Below are positions 14,237 to 28,059 of a stretch of 64,000 nt of DNA, in pieces (positions within the stretch are counted from its first letter, which is position 1; every line of letters starts with the position of its first letter). The DNA comes from Rhizophagus irregularis (taxonomy: Eukaryota): positions 4,154,001 to 4,218,000 of the forward strand of contig NC_089432.1 in assembly GCF_026210795.1 (NCBI RefSeq), written 5' to 3'. A model generated the notes under the pieces. That model was not told where the DNA came from. It did no database searches and saw nothing but the letters and a program-made list of their open reading frames with translations. The translations under genes and the position numbers were made by a program.

Positions 14237-14625
14237 CGTGTTTAAATATTGAAGTTTTACCGGTGGAATTGGAATAGATATCTTTGGAAGAATTTGAAGA
14301 TTTATTGAAATCTTGTTCAAAACTAAAAAAATTATCATTCATGTCACAAAATCATTTGATAATATTTTAGCAAAAAAAATTTTACATTTTAATAGCTATA
14401 AAGTCATCATTGATCATCCCTCCTTTTAATTAGATATTCATTTAACTTGAGAATAAATTTTCTAATTTTGAACTATAATTTATGGAAAGAAATGAGAAGA
14501 AAACCTTTGGAATTTATTTCATAAAATAACATTTATTACATTTAAAATTAAATCAAATTATATTTTAACAAAATAAATGTAAACTTTGTAATGATACTTT
14601 TGTAAGATTAGAATATTCTTATTTT
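14237..14625 (+). pseudogene. 3' fragment of the F-box/LRR gene, inverted relative to the intact copy
   Basis: aatattgaagttttaccggtg...tctttggaagaatttgaagatttattgaaatcttgttcaaaact encodes NIEVLPV..SLEEFEDLLKSCSKL; frameshifted. Confidence 0.85.
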
Positions 14626-14629
14626 TTCA

Positions 14630-16000
14630 ATTCTTCTAAAAGAAACTCATAAAAAGACTTTTGAGAGAGGCTCTTTCGGTTTAGGTATTAATAAACAGTG
14701 GATCAGATTGTATACGAAGAGAATGAGAATGAGCTTTTTAAAAAACTGAATAAAAACGACGTTATTGCATATAAAAAGATCCTTAAAATATCAAAAAAAT
14801 TGGAAAATCATAGCATATTTTATCGATCAAAATTTTATGAAAGCAGCAGTGGAGAAGTCACTAAAAGAAAACGATATAAATAAAGTATGAAAAGTGAGAA
14901 ATCGTGAGGATATTTTTAGTGGTAAAACAGAAGAGAGTAAGGAGATGTTGAAAACGAAGAAGAACGTTCATAACAACAGGAACCAAAAGGAAGTTTCAAT
15001 ACATTCATCACCTAAAACTCCACCAAATAGAGTCTATACGGGGTTAGATAAGGTTGAAAATAAAATAAGGGAACGGAATCCTATGGAGTTGCCGGTAGAG
15101 AAAGTAGCGAAGGTGATTGATAAATTTAGAAAAGGAATAGAGAAGGAGAATGACAAAGAATTACAAAAATCACAAATAGAATTAAAAAAGAGATAACGTT
15201 TCACTAAAAAAAGTAATTGATATAATAAATGAGTATCGAGAAGGAAAAATCGAAGATATAGATTTTGCGTATACTCAATATGATTTTCCAACTACAAAAG
15301 AACATACGGCAAAATTGGATATCAAAATACAACATCCAATGAAAAAATTTGGTACGAAATTTTGGTTGAACTATTAGTAAGGTGGCCATGGAGAATAAGA
15401 TTAAAGAAGAAGTTTTGTGTGGATGGGTTCATAATAACGATAAAAAATTTGAAATTGGCGAAGAAATTATTCGTACAGCGGAACAAAGTGATTTAGTTAA
15501 AAAATTCATAATCCCCAACGAAAAATTTAAAGGTTTAAAATAAGGAAGAAGAACCGACGAACGCGAACGATAAACGCTTCAAAAATAGCCCTCCGGCCAA
15601 AAAATGTCAAAAGCGTTGGAGGGTGGAAGGTGAACAGGATAAGACTGACAATTAGATTGGAATATAGTTTGGATTTTTGGATTTCGGCTGGGTCAAATTG
15701 GCTATTTTTGAATTTCTGGACATCGTTTATTTTTCAATTGTGTATTAGTTTGTTATTAGGTTTACTCTTTAAATTCGTAGACAATTACAACGGCTTAAGT
15801 CACGTGATTTAACGAAAAAAAATATTTCCAGATGTAGTTAGTTACTATTTTACTTTATTTTTTTTTCATTATAGTTAATACATAGCAGTAATATGGATCT
15901 CATAGTTATTATAACGGAGTTAGTTATAGCGTATGGGCCGTATGGTGGAGTATTTGGTACACCTACAGATTACGGCTATGTATTTTTTTTTATTATGTAT
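14630..16000 (+). mobile_element. Degenerate retroelement-like remnant (broken K/E-rich ORF plus T-rich 3' region)
   Basis: Broken ORFs 14698-15196, then the motif AAGTCACGTGATTTAACG near 15797, which is also present in the retro-remnants at about 47445 and 49490. Confidence 0.4.
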
Positions 16001-16190
16001 AAACTTTTTGGTTGACTAACACAAAAAAAAAAACTACAAGGGATCATAAAGAACTATTTATATAGGTATTTCATCATATCACAAATACAAATTAATTTTT
16101 TTTGTAAACGCAAACTGTCGCATCGTAGGGATCATTTATTCAATTTTTTTCAAATAACGTCAGCATTGTTATCTTTCCTGAAAATTATAT

Positions 16191-16343
16191 ATTATTGGTT
16201 GATTAAACTAAATAATAGTCTATAGCGGCACGTCGTGCCACATTAGACTATTATATAGTTTAAATCGTCCAATAATAATATTATCGGTTTGGCGGGACCG
16301 TTCATGCAATTTTTATAATAAAATTCCGTTACTATCCAATAAT
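16191..16343. mobile_element. Putative non-autonomous Crypton-like mini-element (long hairpin)
   Basis: About 86-bp imperfect palindrome 16191-16276 centred on GGCACG-T-CGTGCC, then AAT + ATTATCGG, and CCAATAAT at 16336-43; same end layout as the element at 29564. Confidence 0.45.
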
Positions 16344-16926
16344 TTTATTATTATGCTAATACTGTACATAGTAATATGAAATAACCGACCTAAATAACAA
16401 TTATGTAAAATCTGCATGAATTTATGAGGATAACTGATAATTTTGTTTTTTTCCAAACAAAACTTTATTAATAACATAATGATCGCAGAAACTGCGCATC
16501 ATGTTCCAGACGACGTGCATCTGCTAATAAAGTATCTATCTACTAAAAACAAAAACAAAAACAAAACATACAAAGAACACTACAACTAATCGCAACATCA
16601 AAAGAAAAAAGAAATTTAACACTAACTATTTATACGCCTGATTTAACAATTTTTTTAAATTCTTAAATTATTTTTACAATACGACATTTGATAATATTTA
16701 TACGGATTTTTTTTCGAAATTTCATGATGACGTCATTAAATAAATTGCGTACTTCGGTACTACTGCGGCATCATGATCAGCTTTTTTGTTTGGTAAATAC
16801 TAAATCATTTGTACGACTGAAAAAAGTATATAAAATGGGATACACAATAAAACTCTAATAATTTTTTTACTTATTATTTTTTTTTTATTCAATACGTTTG
16901 ATAACGTTCATCAATAATATCACAAA

Positions 16927-19178
16927 ATGCAAGATACCGAGTATACAAATGAATGGGTAAATTGGATCGAGGAAGCTGTCGATAAGGAATATTTTAAATT
17001 TTATGAATACAATAAATTTAATAATATTCAACATATCGGTACCGGAAGTTTTGGAAAAGTATTTCGCGCAAATTGGAAAAATTCAGAAAAACAATTTGCT
17101 TTAAAATCTTTTTTTAGTCTTGATAACATCATTGTGAAAGAAATCGTTCGTGAGGTAATTTAATATAAAATAATTTTTTTCATTTATGATTTTATTTAAT
17201 ATGCTTATTTTAAATTTTTAAAATTTGAATTTTATTTTAGTTGAAAATTCAACGTGAAGTTAATTTTCATGATAACATTATTCGATGCTATGGGATAACA
17301 AAACTTGAGTCAGGTATTATTGACCGAAGTTATCTTAATAAATATAATATTTAAAATTCAAAGTAATGCATTTTAATGATTTTTTTTATTTTTATTCATT
17401 AGATAATCATAATAATTATTGGTTAGTAATGGAGTACGCCGACGGTGGTAGTCTTCGATGTTATTTGGAGAAAAACTTTAACAAACTTACTTGGGACGAT
17501 AAATATAACATGGCATACCAGTTATCTTGCGCTGTATCATGCTTGCATAACGAAGGGATAGTGCATCGTGATTTGGTAATTTATTTAACATTATTCGATT
17601 ATTAATAATATTATACCTGTATTGATTATCTGAATATACATTTGATAGCATTCCTGTAATATACTTATACGTAATAACATAATCAAATTAGCTGATTTTG
17701 GATTATCCAAAAGAATTGGAGCATCATCAAATTTTCAATCTAAATTATTTGGGATGGTTCCTTACGTCGACCCAAAAAGTATTAGTAGCCGAAGAAATAC
17801 TAATAACCAATCAACACAAATGTATTCATTAAATGAAAAAAGTGATATTTATAGTTTAGGCGTATTACTATGGGAGATATCCAGCGGGCATCCTCCTTTT
17901 TATGCTGAAGGTGAACAATATGACATTGGTTTAGCTTTGGATATTTCACAAGGTCATAGAGAAACTGTTGTTCCTGATACTCCTGATGAATATGTTAAAA
18001 TTTATACCAGTGAGTAATAATTTTATATTTTAAAATTTTTATAATTTGAATATTATTAATGCTAAATTATATTTGCTTTTAGAATGTTGGGATGGGGAAC
18101 CAGATAATCGTCCAACTATATATCAAGTAGTTGATTGGCTAAATGCCATAATTACAAAAACAGATGTAATAATAGAAAATCATCAAATGTCAAATGAACA
18201 AGAATTTAATGAAGATTTAACTCAACTTATTCAAAATTTTGATAAAATAAACATAAAAGAAATTGATCCTATGGTAATATTAAGTAAACAAGAAAAGTTT
18301 CCTTATAACATTATAGTTGATGAAATAAATGATTTAATTTATAAATTAAATAATGAATGGAAATCAGCTAGGCAGGAAATTATTGAATATTTTAATGATC
18401 ATAACATAGATTCACAAGAATTTTATAGTTGGTTATTAGATAATCAAAATAGTTCTAATTCTATTTTTATTCTTGGATATTTTAATTATTATGGAATTAT
18501 AATAAATGAAAATAATGATAAAGCATTTAATTTATTTATTATTGCATCAGGAAAAAATCATATATTAGCAGAATATTTTGTTAATGAATGTTATTTGTTT
18601 TTGAACTAGAAAAATGAAAAATTAGCCTTTGAATATTATGGAAAAGTGGCCATTAAAAATTTATCAAATGGACAATTGTATATTGGTTATTGCTATACAA
18701 ATGGAATAGGTGTTGAAAAAGATTTAAAAAAGGCTTTTTATTGGTGTGAATAGTTGCAAATAACGGAAATATAGTGGCAATATATAATCTTGGTAATTGT
18801 TATAGAAATGGAAATGGTGTTGAAAAAGATTATAATAAAGCTTTTGAATTGGATAAGCAATTAGCTGAAGGAGGATATTCAGGAGGATCGGAATAGTGAT
18901 ACTAGGATATTGTTATAATAATGGTATTGGAATTAAAATTGATAATCAAAAAGCATTTAAATATCAAAATGCTGCAAATTTAGGAGATGATGTCGCACAA
19001 AATAATCTTGCTTTAATGTATGAAAAGGGAGATGGAATTGCAAAAGATATAAATGAAGCAATTTATTGGTATGAAAATTATCAAGAAAACCATTTTTTTA
19101 AATAATGAATCTACCAAACAAGGATATGAATCTGCAAAGAATAGTTTAGATGAGCTTCAAAAAAAAGTCAATAATTAA
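16927..19178 (+). pseudogene. Kinase-Sel1 paralog with a disrupted Sel1 region
   Basis: Kinase exons look intact, but there is a stop at 18607-18609 and further frameshifts/stops near 18750, 18890 and 19080-19105. Confidence 0.85.
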
Positions 19179-19315
19179 CAGTAATTTTTCTTTAATTATT
19201 AAGAATATTTATTTACAGTGTTTATTTTTCTAAAATTTCCTAAATAGTAAATATATTGCTTTAAAAATTATAAATAAATAAATTGTTATAATCAGTTTTA
19301 TATAATTTTCTTTTA

Positions 19316-19542
19316 GGCCACTCCAACAAATAGTTTCATTTGACATCACATGGCAGTGATGGCATAAGAAAATTTGTGGGAGATCATAATAAATTTTAAA
19401 CAATACAAAAAATTTTAAACAATCATTTGTCTAATAAAGCTAATTGACCAATAATATTTAATACAAAGTGTTCGTTTAAATACAATTTTTTGGCAAAAAT
19501 GTGGGGGATTGATGCTAAATGAAACTATTTATCGGAGCGGCC
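19316..19542. mobile_element. PIF/Harbinger (Tourist-type) MITE
   Basis: TIR GGCCACTCCAACAAATAGTTTCATTT.. / ..AAATGAAACTATTTATCGGAGCGGCC; TTA TSD at 19313-15 and 19543-45; absent from the paralogous flank near 34915. Confidence 0.85.
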
Positions 19543-20080
19543 TTATTCTTAAGCATATTTTGTTTATGCTATAATATTTTTCATTTCAATTAAGAATATA
19601 TATATGTAACATCCTGTTACAGTGTTACATGTCTTATTTGTAACGTTCTCTAAAACAAAATGACAAGAAAAGTTTATGATAATATATCAATATATAATTT
19701 TAAAAAATAATGTAATAAATGTATTTTTGCCTTCTCTGCAAATTTCCTCAGATGACAAAGGTGGTTTTAAATGTCATTTTTGATTTATTTTACAAAAAAC
19801 ATTTTTTTTATCAAGTGACCTGCAAAAAAATTTCAAATTGAGTAACCTTATGTAAGTTAATTTTTGCCGGGAGCAAAATTTCCTTTTTGGATTGTGTAGC
19901 CATTTCAAGATGTTACAGATAAAATATGTAACAAGTGTCACATGCAATTTAAAAGTATAAAAATTTATTTTAAGAACCTTCCATGATGAATAAGGTGTGA
20001 CAAATTGGATTTTAATAACAAAAAATTTTCAAATCCCCAAAAATGAAGACCGTTGGGTGTGATACGTTGTGATAAATAAA

Positions 20081-20127
20081 CCTAACCCCTAATCTAACCT
20101 AACCCAACCCTAATCCTAACCCCTAAC
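20081..20127. repeat. Degenerate telomere-like (CCTAAC/CCCTAA)n tract
   Basis: cctaacccctaatctaacctaacccaaccctaatcctaacccctaac. Confidence 0.6.
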
Positions 20128-20884
20128 TTTAATAATATTAGGGGGAAAGAAGGTTAGACGTAGTTAGTTTCATATTTTAATGCTTGTATTTTTTTCTATT
20201 TTTAAAAAATAATTTATCATTATAGAAAAAACTCAATTGTAAAGAATAATAAATAAAAGAAATGTAAATCTTAAAGTTAAAATAAAAGAAGTTGCCTAGT
20301 CAGTTTTTTTATATTTTGTACAAAATGATTTTGATAAAAATAATTTTAGCTTTTTCTAACTTTTTACCATAAAAAAAAAGAGTTAATTAATTAATTAATT
20401 AATTAATTAAAAGTTTTAATTTTAATTGCAATTATTCTTAATATTAATAATTATGAACTGAAAATTGATAATAACATTTCATTTCATTATTTACATTTTA
20501 ATATTTAATCATTCAAAAGTAAAGAATTTAATTTTTCATAATATTAGAATTCCATATCCAATTTAAATAAAGATTCCATGAAATCTTATATATTAGCTAA
20601 TTAGTTTTATAATATTCATTTAAATAATTATCCATTTATTGATGGATATTTTTTTTAATTTATCATTTGTATAGATGATTTTAAATTAAATTTTAGTTAC
20701 AAACTAAAACAATTATTAAGAAGTCATATTATTCTTAAATATTATCATGGTGGAAGGATTGAAATAAAAAGAAATATATATTCATAATATTAGCTGTTAG
20801 TTACATCGCACAATATGAATAAGTCGCTCAGTTTTCTTGTTTTCAATTTTTTTACCTCCAAAAAAGAAAATCAATAGGTACATC

Positions 20885-23040
20885 AAAAAATGTATTGTAT
20901 TATTAGAAATACATATTTTCAGAAATAAACTAAAGAATTTTATATTCATGTATATTTTATACTAATGGAAATATCTGTTAATAAATGATATGTTTATTCA
21001 AGAAATTAAAATGTTTTAACAAGAAATTAAATTTCTTTATTATTAAAAACTTTAATAGGATCTTTTATTATTATGAAAACAACCATTTTTAATTTTATTT
21101 TATATACTCAACTAATTTCTTCAAGAATAATAATAAATTAGTCAAAAGTGAATTTATTGATATATATTAATTATTAATAAAATTATTTAAAATGGCTATG
21201 GTTATTTTTTATGAAAAGACTGGAGTGCCGTAATAGGAGTTACAAGAGAAAAATGTTCAACATTATATATATAAAAAAAAAAATTATTTTAACGTTAAAG
21301 AAATTTGTGAAAGATCAAAAATGTGGAATAGAAGAAACATTACTAAATGTTTCGTTAAGGAAATTGTAGGGAGAGAGGGAAGGATAAAGGGAGTGAAAAG
21401 GAAAAGGGGAAAGGACAAAGGAAAGGGAAAGAAAGAAAAAAGGTTGAACTGAAAAAGGTTGAACTGTGGCTGCAAAATAGTATATCACATTATAAACGTG
21501 ATATATTTTTTAGTTCAGGTAAATTTTCAAAATTATAAACTCTACTACTAATATTCCAATTACTAGAACTTGTACTGAAATTTCCAAAAAAATGAACTAT
21601 CACTAGCCGGAGTAGCGTCATATTCAGGTGGCGCTGCTAAAGTGACGGGAACAAAAATAGTTAATAATAGAAGGAAAATATTGAATTTCATTTTTGTTAA
21701 TGTATTAAATATTGATTTTAATTGTGTACTGTATAGTCAGTAAAATCTAAAATAAAATAGCGAGATTGAACGTTATAAAATAATGATAATATAATTATTC
21801 CCTTTTTTACACGTTGCAAATGGAATTGCTCATGGTACGCCTGAGATTTAATTAATGTTTATATTATTAATATTATTAAGTCCAGAGAAATAAAGTAAGG
21901 GAAATTATCCCAGTTTAATTATTTGATGTAAGGTTTATTTAACGTATAACCATTAAACTTAGAAGGTAGTAAACATTAACAGGGCGGACATCACCATATT
22001 ATCACGATATTGCCGATCATTTTGCGATCATTTGTCCAATATTATTAGGGTTGGATTAGTCCGGTCCTTAAAATTTTTAAATTATCTTATTTATAATAGA
22101 AGTATTGTTGGGTTGGATCAACGAGATAATGAAATGCAGGTCGCACTAAAAATTATGACATTAATTTATTATTTATTACCAGTTACCTTTGTTGTCATTA
22201 TAAACTAAGTATGACCCAAATATATAAAATCAATACTAGATATAATTTTAAAACTATCAAAAATATGAAAAAAAAAAATTGCAACAGGAATAAAAATAAA
22301 TTATCAAATTGATACTGATCATGTAACACAAAATAATTGCATATAGTACTTTAACATTTTAAAGCATCAATGAGGAATCAAATGATATTGATATTACAAA
22401 AATACCAACATATGAAAAATTTGATATTTCGAAATGAAAACTTTATTAATAATTTATAATTTAATATTTTTATATTAAATGATAAATTTTATATAATCGG
22501 TCCCGGTCCGGTCCGGTCCTCAAATCTCAGACCGAAGACCGTGAAGACCAGTCCCAAGACCGATACAAGACCGGTATCCAACCCTAAATATTATCACATA
22601 AAAAAATACTGTTGAATTAGTTTTTTCACAAATTCTACATAATAATGTATAAAATTTCGATTTTATTATTTATTGTTAATAAATTAGTTCTTAAAATAAT
22701 CTATAAAGATTTTGTCAAATATCAGACATATAATTATTATGACCAACCATTACATCAAATTCACTGAGAAAACCCTTCAGAGTTTTTTTCAAAAAGTAAT
22801 ATTTATTACATTTATATTAAATCAAATTATATTTTCAAATATTCTGAACAATATAGTAAATGTAAACTTTCTTATGATAACTTAGAATATTCTTATTTTC
22901 ATCTTATAACAACCCATTTTAAAAAGATTTCAATTATGTTGTTGGAATTGATTGTGGTAGAGATTATTTATTCAATTTTATTTAACATTATAACAAATAA
23001 AAAATTTGAGAAAGAATTTGTATATCTTCTAGTAATACTT
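20885..23040 (+). pseudogene. Fragmented F-box/LRR relic (5' piece about 20885-21180, 3' piece about 22760-23040)
   Basis: The 5' piece matches the reverse complement of 1810-2140. The 3' piece (atttattacatttatattaaatcaaattat...tgttgttggaattgattgtggtag) matches the end of the intact gene. Confidence 0.65.
22046..22586. mobile_element. hAT-type MITE
   Basis: 11-bp TIR TAGGGTTGGAT / ATCCAACCCTA; 8-bp TSD AATATTAT at 22038-45 and 22587-94; (CCGGT)n/GACCG subterminal repeats. Confidence 0.88.
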
Positions 23041-23350
23041 TGAAAATAATTATGTGGTTTAATATCTTTAATATATTCAATATTGTTGTCATAATTGTAG
23101 TAATTTTTTCTTGATGACGTCATTATATGAGGAAAATTGCTGCGTACTGCGGTACCAAGGTGGATTGACTTTTTGTTTGGTAGCAGGTAATACTAAATCA
23201 TGCTGTACGCTTGTGCGATCATCATCGGAATCATCGGAGAAAAAATATATATATATAAATAAGGCATGCATAATTTACTTTTTATTTATTTATTTTTTTT
23301 TAACTTTTACTGTTAATTTATCATTATTGATAACGTTCAATAATATCAAA

Positions 23351-25616
23351 ATGCAAGTTACCAATGAATGGGTCAATTGGGTTGAGGAAGCAGTCGATAA
23401 AGAATATTTTAAATTCTATGAATATAACCAATTTAATAATATTCAACATATTGGCACCGGAGGGTTTGGAAAAGTATTTCGCGCAAATTGGAAAAATTCA
23501 GAAAAACAATTTGCGTTAAAATCTTTTTTTAGTCTTGATAAAATCACTGTGAAAGAAATCGTTCGTGAGGTAATTTAATATAAAATAATTTTTTTCGTTT
23601 ATGATTCTGTTTAATATACTCATTTAAATTTTGAATTTTATTTTAGTTAAAAATTCAACGAGAAGTTGATTTTCATGATAACATTATTCATTGCTATGGA
23701 ATAACAAAATTTGAGTCAGGTATTAATAAAGTTGCCTTTATAACGATAATATTCTTGTTAATCGCAAATTCAGAGAATGCATTTTAATGATCATTTTTTT
23801 ATTTATTAGATAATCATAATAATTATTGGTTAGTAATGGAATATGCCGACGGTGGTAGCCTTCGAAGTTATTTGAAGAAAAACTTTAACAAACTTACTTG
23901 GGCCGACAAATATAACATGGCATACCAGTTATCTTGTGCCATATCATGTTTACATAACGAAGGAATAGTGCATCGTGACTTGGTAATTTATTTAACATTA
24001 TTTGATCATTGATAATAATATATTTATATTACTCATTTGAATATTTCTTTAATAGCACTCCCGTAATATACTTGTTCGTAATAACGTAATCAAATTAGCA
24101 GATTTCGGATTATCCAAGAGAATTGGAGCATCATCCAATTTTCAATCTAAATTATTTGAAATGGTTCCTTACGTCGATCCAAAAAGTTTTAGCAGACGAA
24201 GAAGTAATAACCAATCAATACAAATGTACTCATTGAATGAAAAAAGTGACATTTATAGTTTGGGCGTATTACTATGGGAGATATCCAGTGGGCAACCTCC
24301 TTTTTATGCTGAAGGTGAACAATATGACATTTGTTTAGCTTTAGATATTTCACAAGGTCATAGAGAAACCGCTGTTCCTGATACTCCTGATGAATATGTT
24401 AAAATTTATACCAGTAAGTAATAATTTATGTTTTTAAATTTTTATAATTTGAATATTATTAATTCTAAATTATATTTGGTTATTAGAATGTTGGGATGGG
24501 GAACCAGATAATCGTCCAACGATATATCAAGTAGTTGAATGGCTAAATGCCAGAATTTCAAAAACAGATGTAATAGTAGAAGATCATCAAATGTCAAATG
24601 AAATAGAATTTAATGAAGCTTCTTTAAGTACTAATAATCCAGAATTACAAGGAGATTTATCTCAACTTATTCAAAATTTTGATAAAATAAACATAAAAGA
24701 AATTGATCCTATGGTAATATTAAGTAAACAAGAAAATTTTCCAATTGAAGATTTTAACATTATAGTTGATGAAATAAATGATTTAATTTATAAATTAAAT
24801 AATAAAGGACTTGAATGGGAATCAGATAAGCAGAAAACTATTGAATATTTTGATGATCATGACATAAATTCACAAGAATTTTATAGTTGGTTATTAGTTA
24901 ATCAAAATAGTTCAAATTCTATATTTATTCTTGGATATTTTAATTATTATGGAATTATAATAAGTAAAAATAATGAGAGAGCATTTGATTTTTTTTTTAA
25001 TGCATTAGAAAAAAATCATATATTAGCACAATATTTTGTTGGTGTATGTTATTTTTATGGAAATGGAACTATAAAAAATGAAAAATTAGCTTTTGAATAT
25101 TATGAAAAAGTGGCTAATAAAAATTTATCAAATGGACAATTGTATATTGGTTATTGTTATGAAAAAGGAATATATGTTGAAAAAGATTTAAAAAAGGCTT
25201 TTTATTGGTATGAAATAGCTGCAAATATTGGAAATTTAAATGCAATATATAATCTTGGTATTTTATTATATGAAGATGGAATTGAAGTTAAAAAGGATTG
25301 TAATAAAGCTTTTGAAATGTTTAAACAATCAGCTGAAGGTGAACATTTAAATGGAATAATGATGCTAGGATATTGTTATAATAATGGTATTGGAACTAAA
25401 ATTGATAAGCAAAAAGCATTTGAATTATATCAAAATGCTGCAAATTTAGGACATAATATAGCACAAAATAATCTTGCTTTAATGTATGAAGAAGGAAATG
25501 GAATTGCAAAAGATATAGACAAAGCAATATACTGGTATACAAAATCTGCCAAACAAGGATTTGAGTTGGCAAAGAATAATTTAGATAAGCTTCAAAAAAA
25601 AATCAATAATTTATAG
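23351..25616 (+). CDS. TKL-type kinase-Sel1-repeat protein (5 exons)
   Basis: All kinase motifs are recoverable across GT-AG introns (HRDL|HSRN, LADFGLS); open 341-aa terminal ORF with about 6 Sel1 repeats. Confidence 0.9.
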
Positions 25617-27115
25617 TAATTTTTCTTTAATTATTAAATTAAAACATTGAATATTTATTCATCACAATGTTTATTTTTCTAAAATTTACAAGATAGTAAA
25701 TACACTGCTTTAAAAAATATAAAATAAATAAATTGTTGTAATTTTATTATATATTTTATATAATCAGTTTTATATAATTTTCAAACATATTAAATTTAAA
25801 AGTGTAAAATTTTAATGCCTGTATTTTTTTCTATTTTTAAAAGATGATTTATAGAAAAAAACTCAATTTGTAAAAAGATAATAAATAAAAGAAATATAAA
25901 TCTTAAAGCTAGAATAAAAGAAGTTATCTAGTCAGTTTTTGATATTTTATATAAAATGATTTTTGATAAAAATCATTTTAGCTTTTTCTAACTTTTTTCC
26001 ATCAAAAAAAAAAGAGTAAATTAATAAATTAAAGGTTTTAATTTAATTGCAATCTATATCAATAATAAATAATATAATTAGTATTAATACTCTACAATCG
26101 AAAAAGCTCTTAAACTTTTCAGTTTCAATCATCTAATCATTAGGTTTAATTTGACATAGAATAATCATCGTGGCAAAAATTTGTTAATCACTGATTGTAC
26201 AACCCAAACTTATTGTCACAATTTTTTGCCTTTCAGGAATCAGGATGAATTGGGTATGAGAAATTCTAATATTAAAGTCCTAGTAGCTAGCTAAATTGAA
26301 ATCTTTGGTTACAAGATTAAAGAGACGTATTGACGAACGCAATAACCATTTAACCACGTGGTTTTGAACCAATAATTTTTTATTGTGGTCATAAAAATAC
26401 GCGAAATATGTATATATTTATTTACTGCTTAACACTCAACTGTTTTGCAACTCTCTTTTTTTTATATTGTTCAATGGACGGACAATATTAAAAGAATGAT
26501 AATTATTTTATTAAAGAAATTTTTTATGCCTTTCTTACGAGCTTGTGGTTACGTATACGTGAGTAAGATACCGTTCATACAGATTTTAGATATGGGTTTA
26601 ACGATTTGTGATGAATAGAAAAATAAAGTTAATCATATATGCGAGATAAAAATTTATGGTTTAAGAAAAATTTATATGAAATTAAATTCATATGAAATTA
26701 AAAAAAAAATGAAGTTTGATGACGAATTGGTATGCTTTTTAGTTAATGTTCATTCATATTTTAATTGTAAAAATACTTCTAAAATCAAGATTTTTTTTTT
26801 AAAAAAATAAAATAAAATAAAATAAAATAAAATGAATGATGTATAACGATTAACTTAAGATATTCAATAACCAATGTCCTACTCTGTCTTAAAGAGATTA
26901 ATTTAGTTTTATTATTTATTATTATTTTTTTTTTTTGGCTATCAATGCAACTTTATTTTAGAGCTAGTCGAGTTGTGGTAAATGATATACCATTTTGTAA
27001 GGTTAATAAAATTTTAAAAATTACCTTTATAATGATAAATTGTCAATTCCATGATATGAATTATATCTCATAATATGAATAAGTCGCTTTTCTTGTTTTC
27101 AATTATTTTACCCAA

Positions 27116-27302
27116 ATAATTGTCCTCAGCTACGCTTCGGACATCTTCGGTTAGACACATTGTAATGCAAGTCTGTCCGCACGCGTGATTAACCAATAAA
27201 ATGTATTATTGATTATTATCACGTGATCAGATTTTCGGTGACGCGCCTGACGCGTGATTTTAAACGAGTGCTTCGGGCATTACAACGGATCCCGTTACCT
27301 AG
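27116..27302 (+). mobile_element. Short Helitron/Helentron-like non-autonomous element
   Basis: 5' hairpin TGTCC..GCTTCGGACA, internal CTGTCCGC, 3' hairpin AACGG-ATC-CCGTT then CTAG|TT; interrupts the homology with about 20820-20860; a relative sits at 36300-36407. Confidence 0.45.
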
Positions 27303-28059
27303 TTTTAACAAAAAAAACATTATTTTAGGATGAAACGCAACAAATTGTGAAAAAATCCTTTTATTAGTATGGTTGTAGCTAGAAATGTTACACTACGTTT
27401 ATTATATCCATACATGAAAATTCTGACTAACTTAATATATTGGAGATTAAAGACCATACACTACATGTTTACATTGTTTACTATATACTCTGATTAAAGT
27501 GATATAGCATAAAAAAGAACCAATAAAATTTAAATATAGCACATAGATCATTGAAATTATGTTTAAAGCTGATATCGATAAAAAAAAAATAAAAGAATAG
27601 CTAAGAATCCTCTTATGTTAATAGTTATATTGATTAGAATTTTTAAAGTATTATTTAACAAAGAGTTTTTCTTTTTTAAATTTTAGTCATTTCGACCAAT
27701 CAGAGGACCAGTGTCGAAATGCCAAAAATAATGAAAATTTCTTTCCGGTGTTGGAATGTCGATCAAATGATCAGCGTTCATAAGGCATTCGACCAATCAT
27801 TTTTTTTTTACATTTTCACGCTCGTTATTATAAAATTTTTAATAAGGTATATACATGTAAATACATAATAAAATAAACCAAGTTGATAAATGATTTAAAA
27901 GTATTGGTTTAAGTTAAAATTTAATTATATTTTTTAGTTCCTTACACTAAATTCCAATTTAATAGTGCCCAAGATCTTAAAAATGTAAGTTAATTAGATA
28001 AATTTCATGAATTTTTTAATACAATAAGTTGGTAAAAAAATAATTTCTGAGATTTATGA

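Noticed and set aside
23111..23350. N-terminal extensions of kinase ORFs (also 32260-32523)
   Set aside because: Read-through into promoter or MITE sequence; paralogs start at about MQ(D/V)T.
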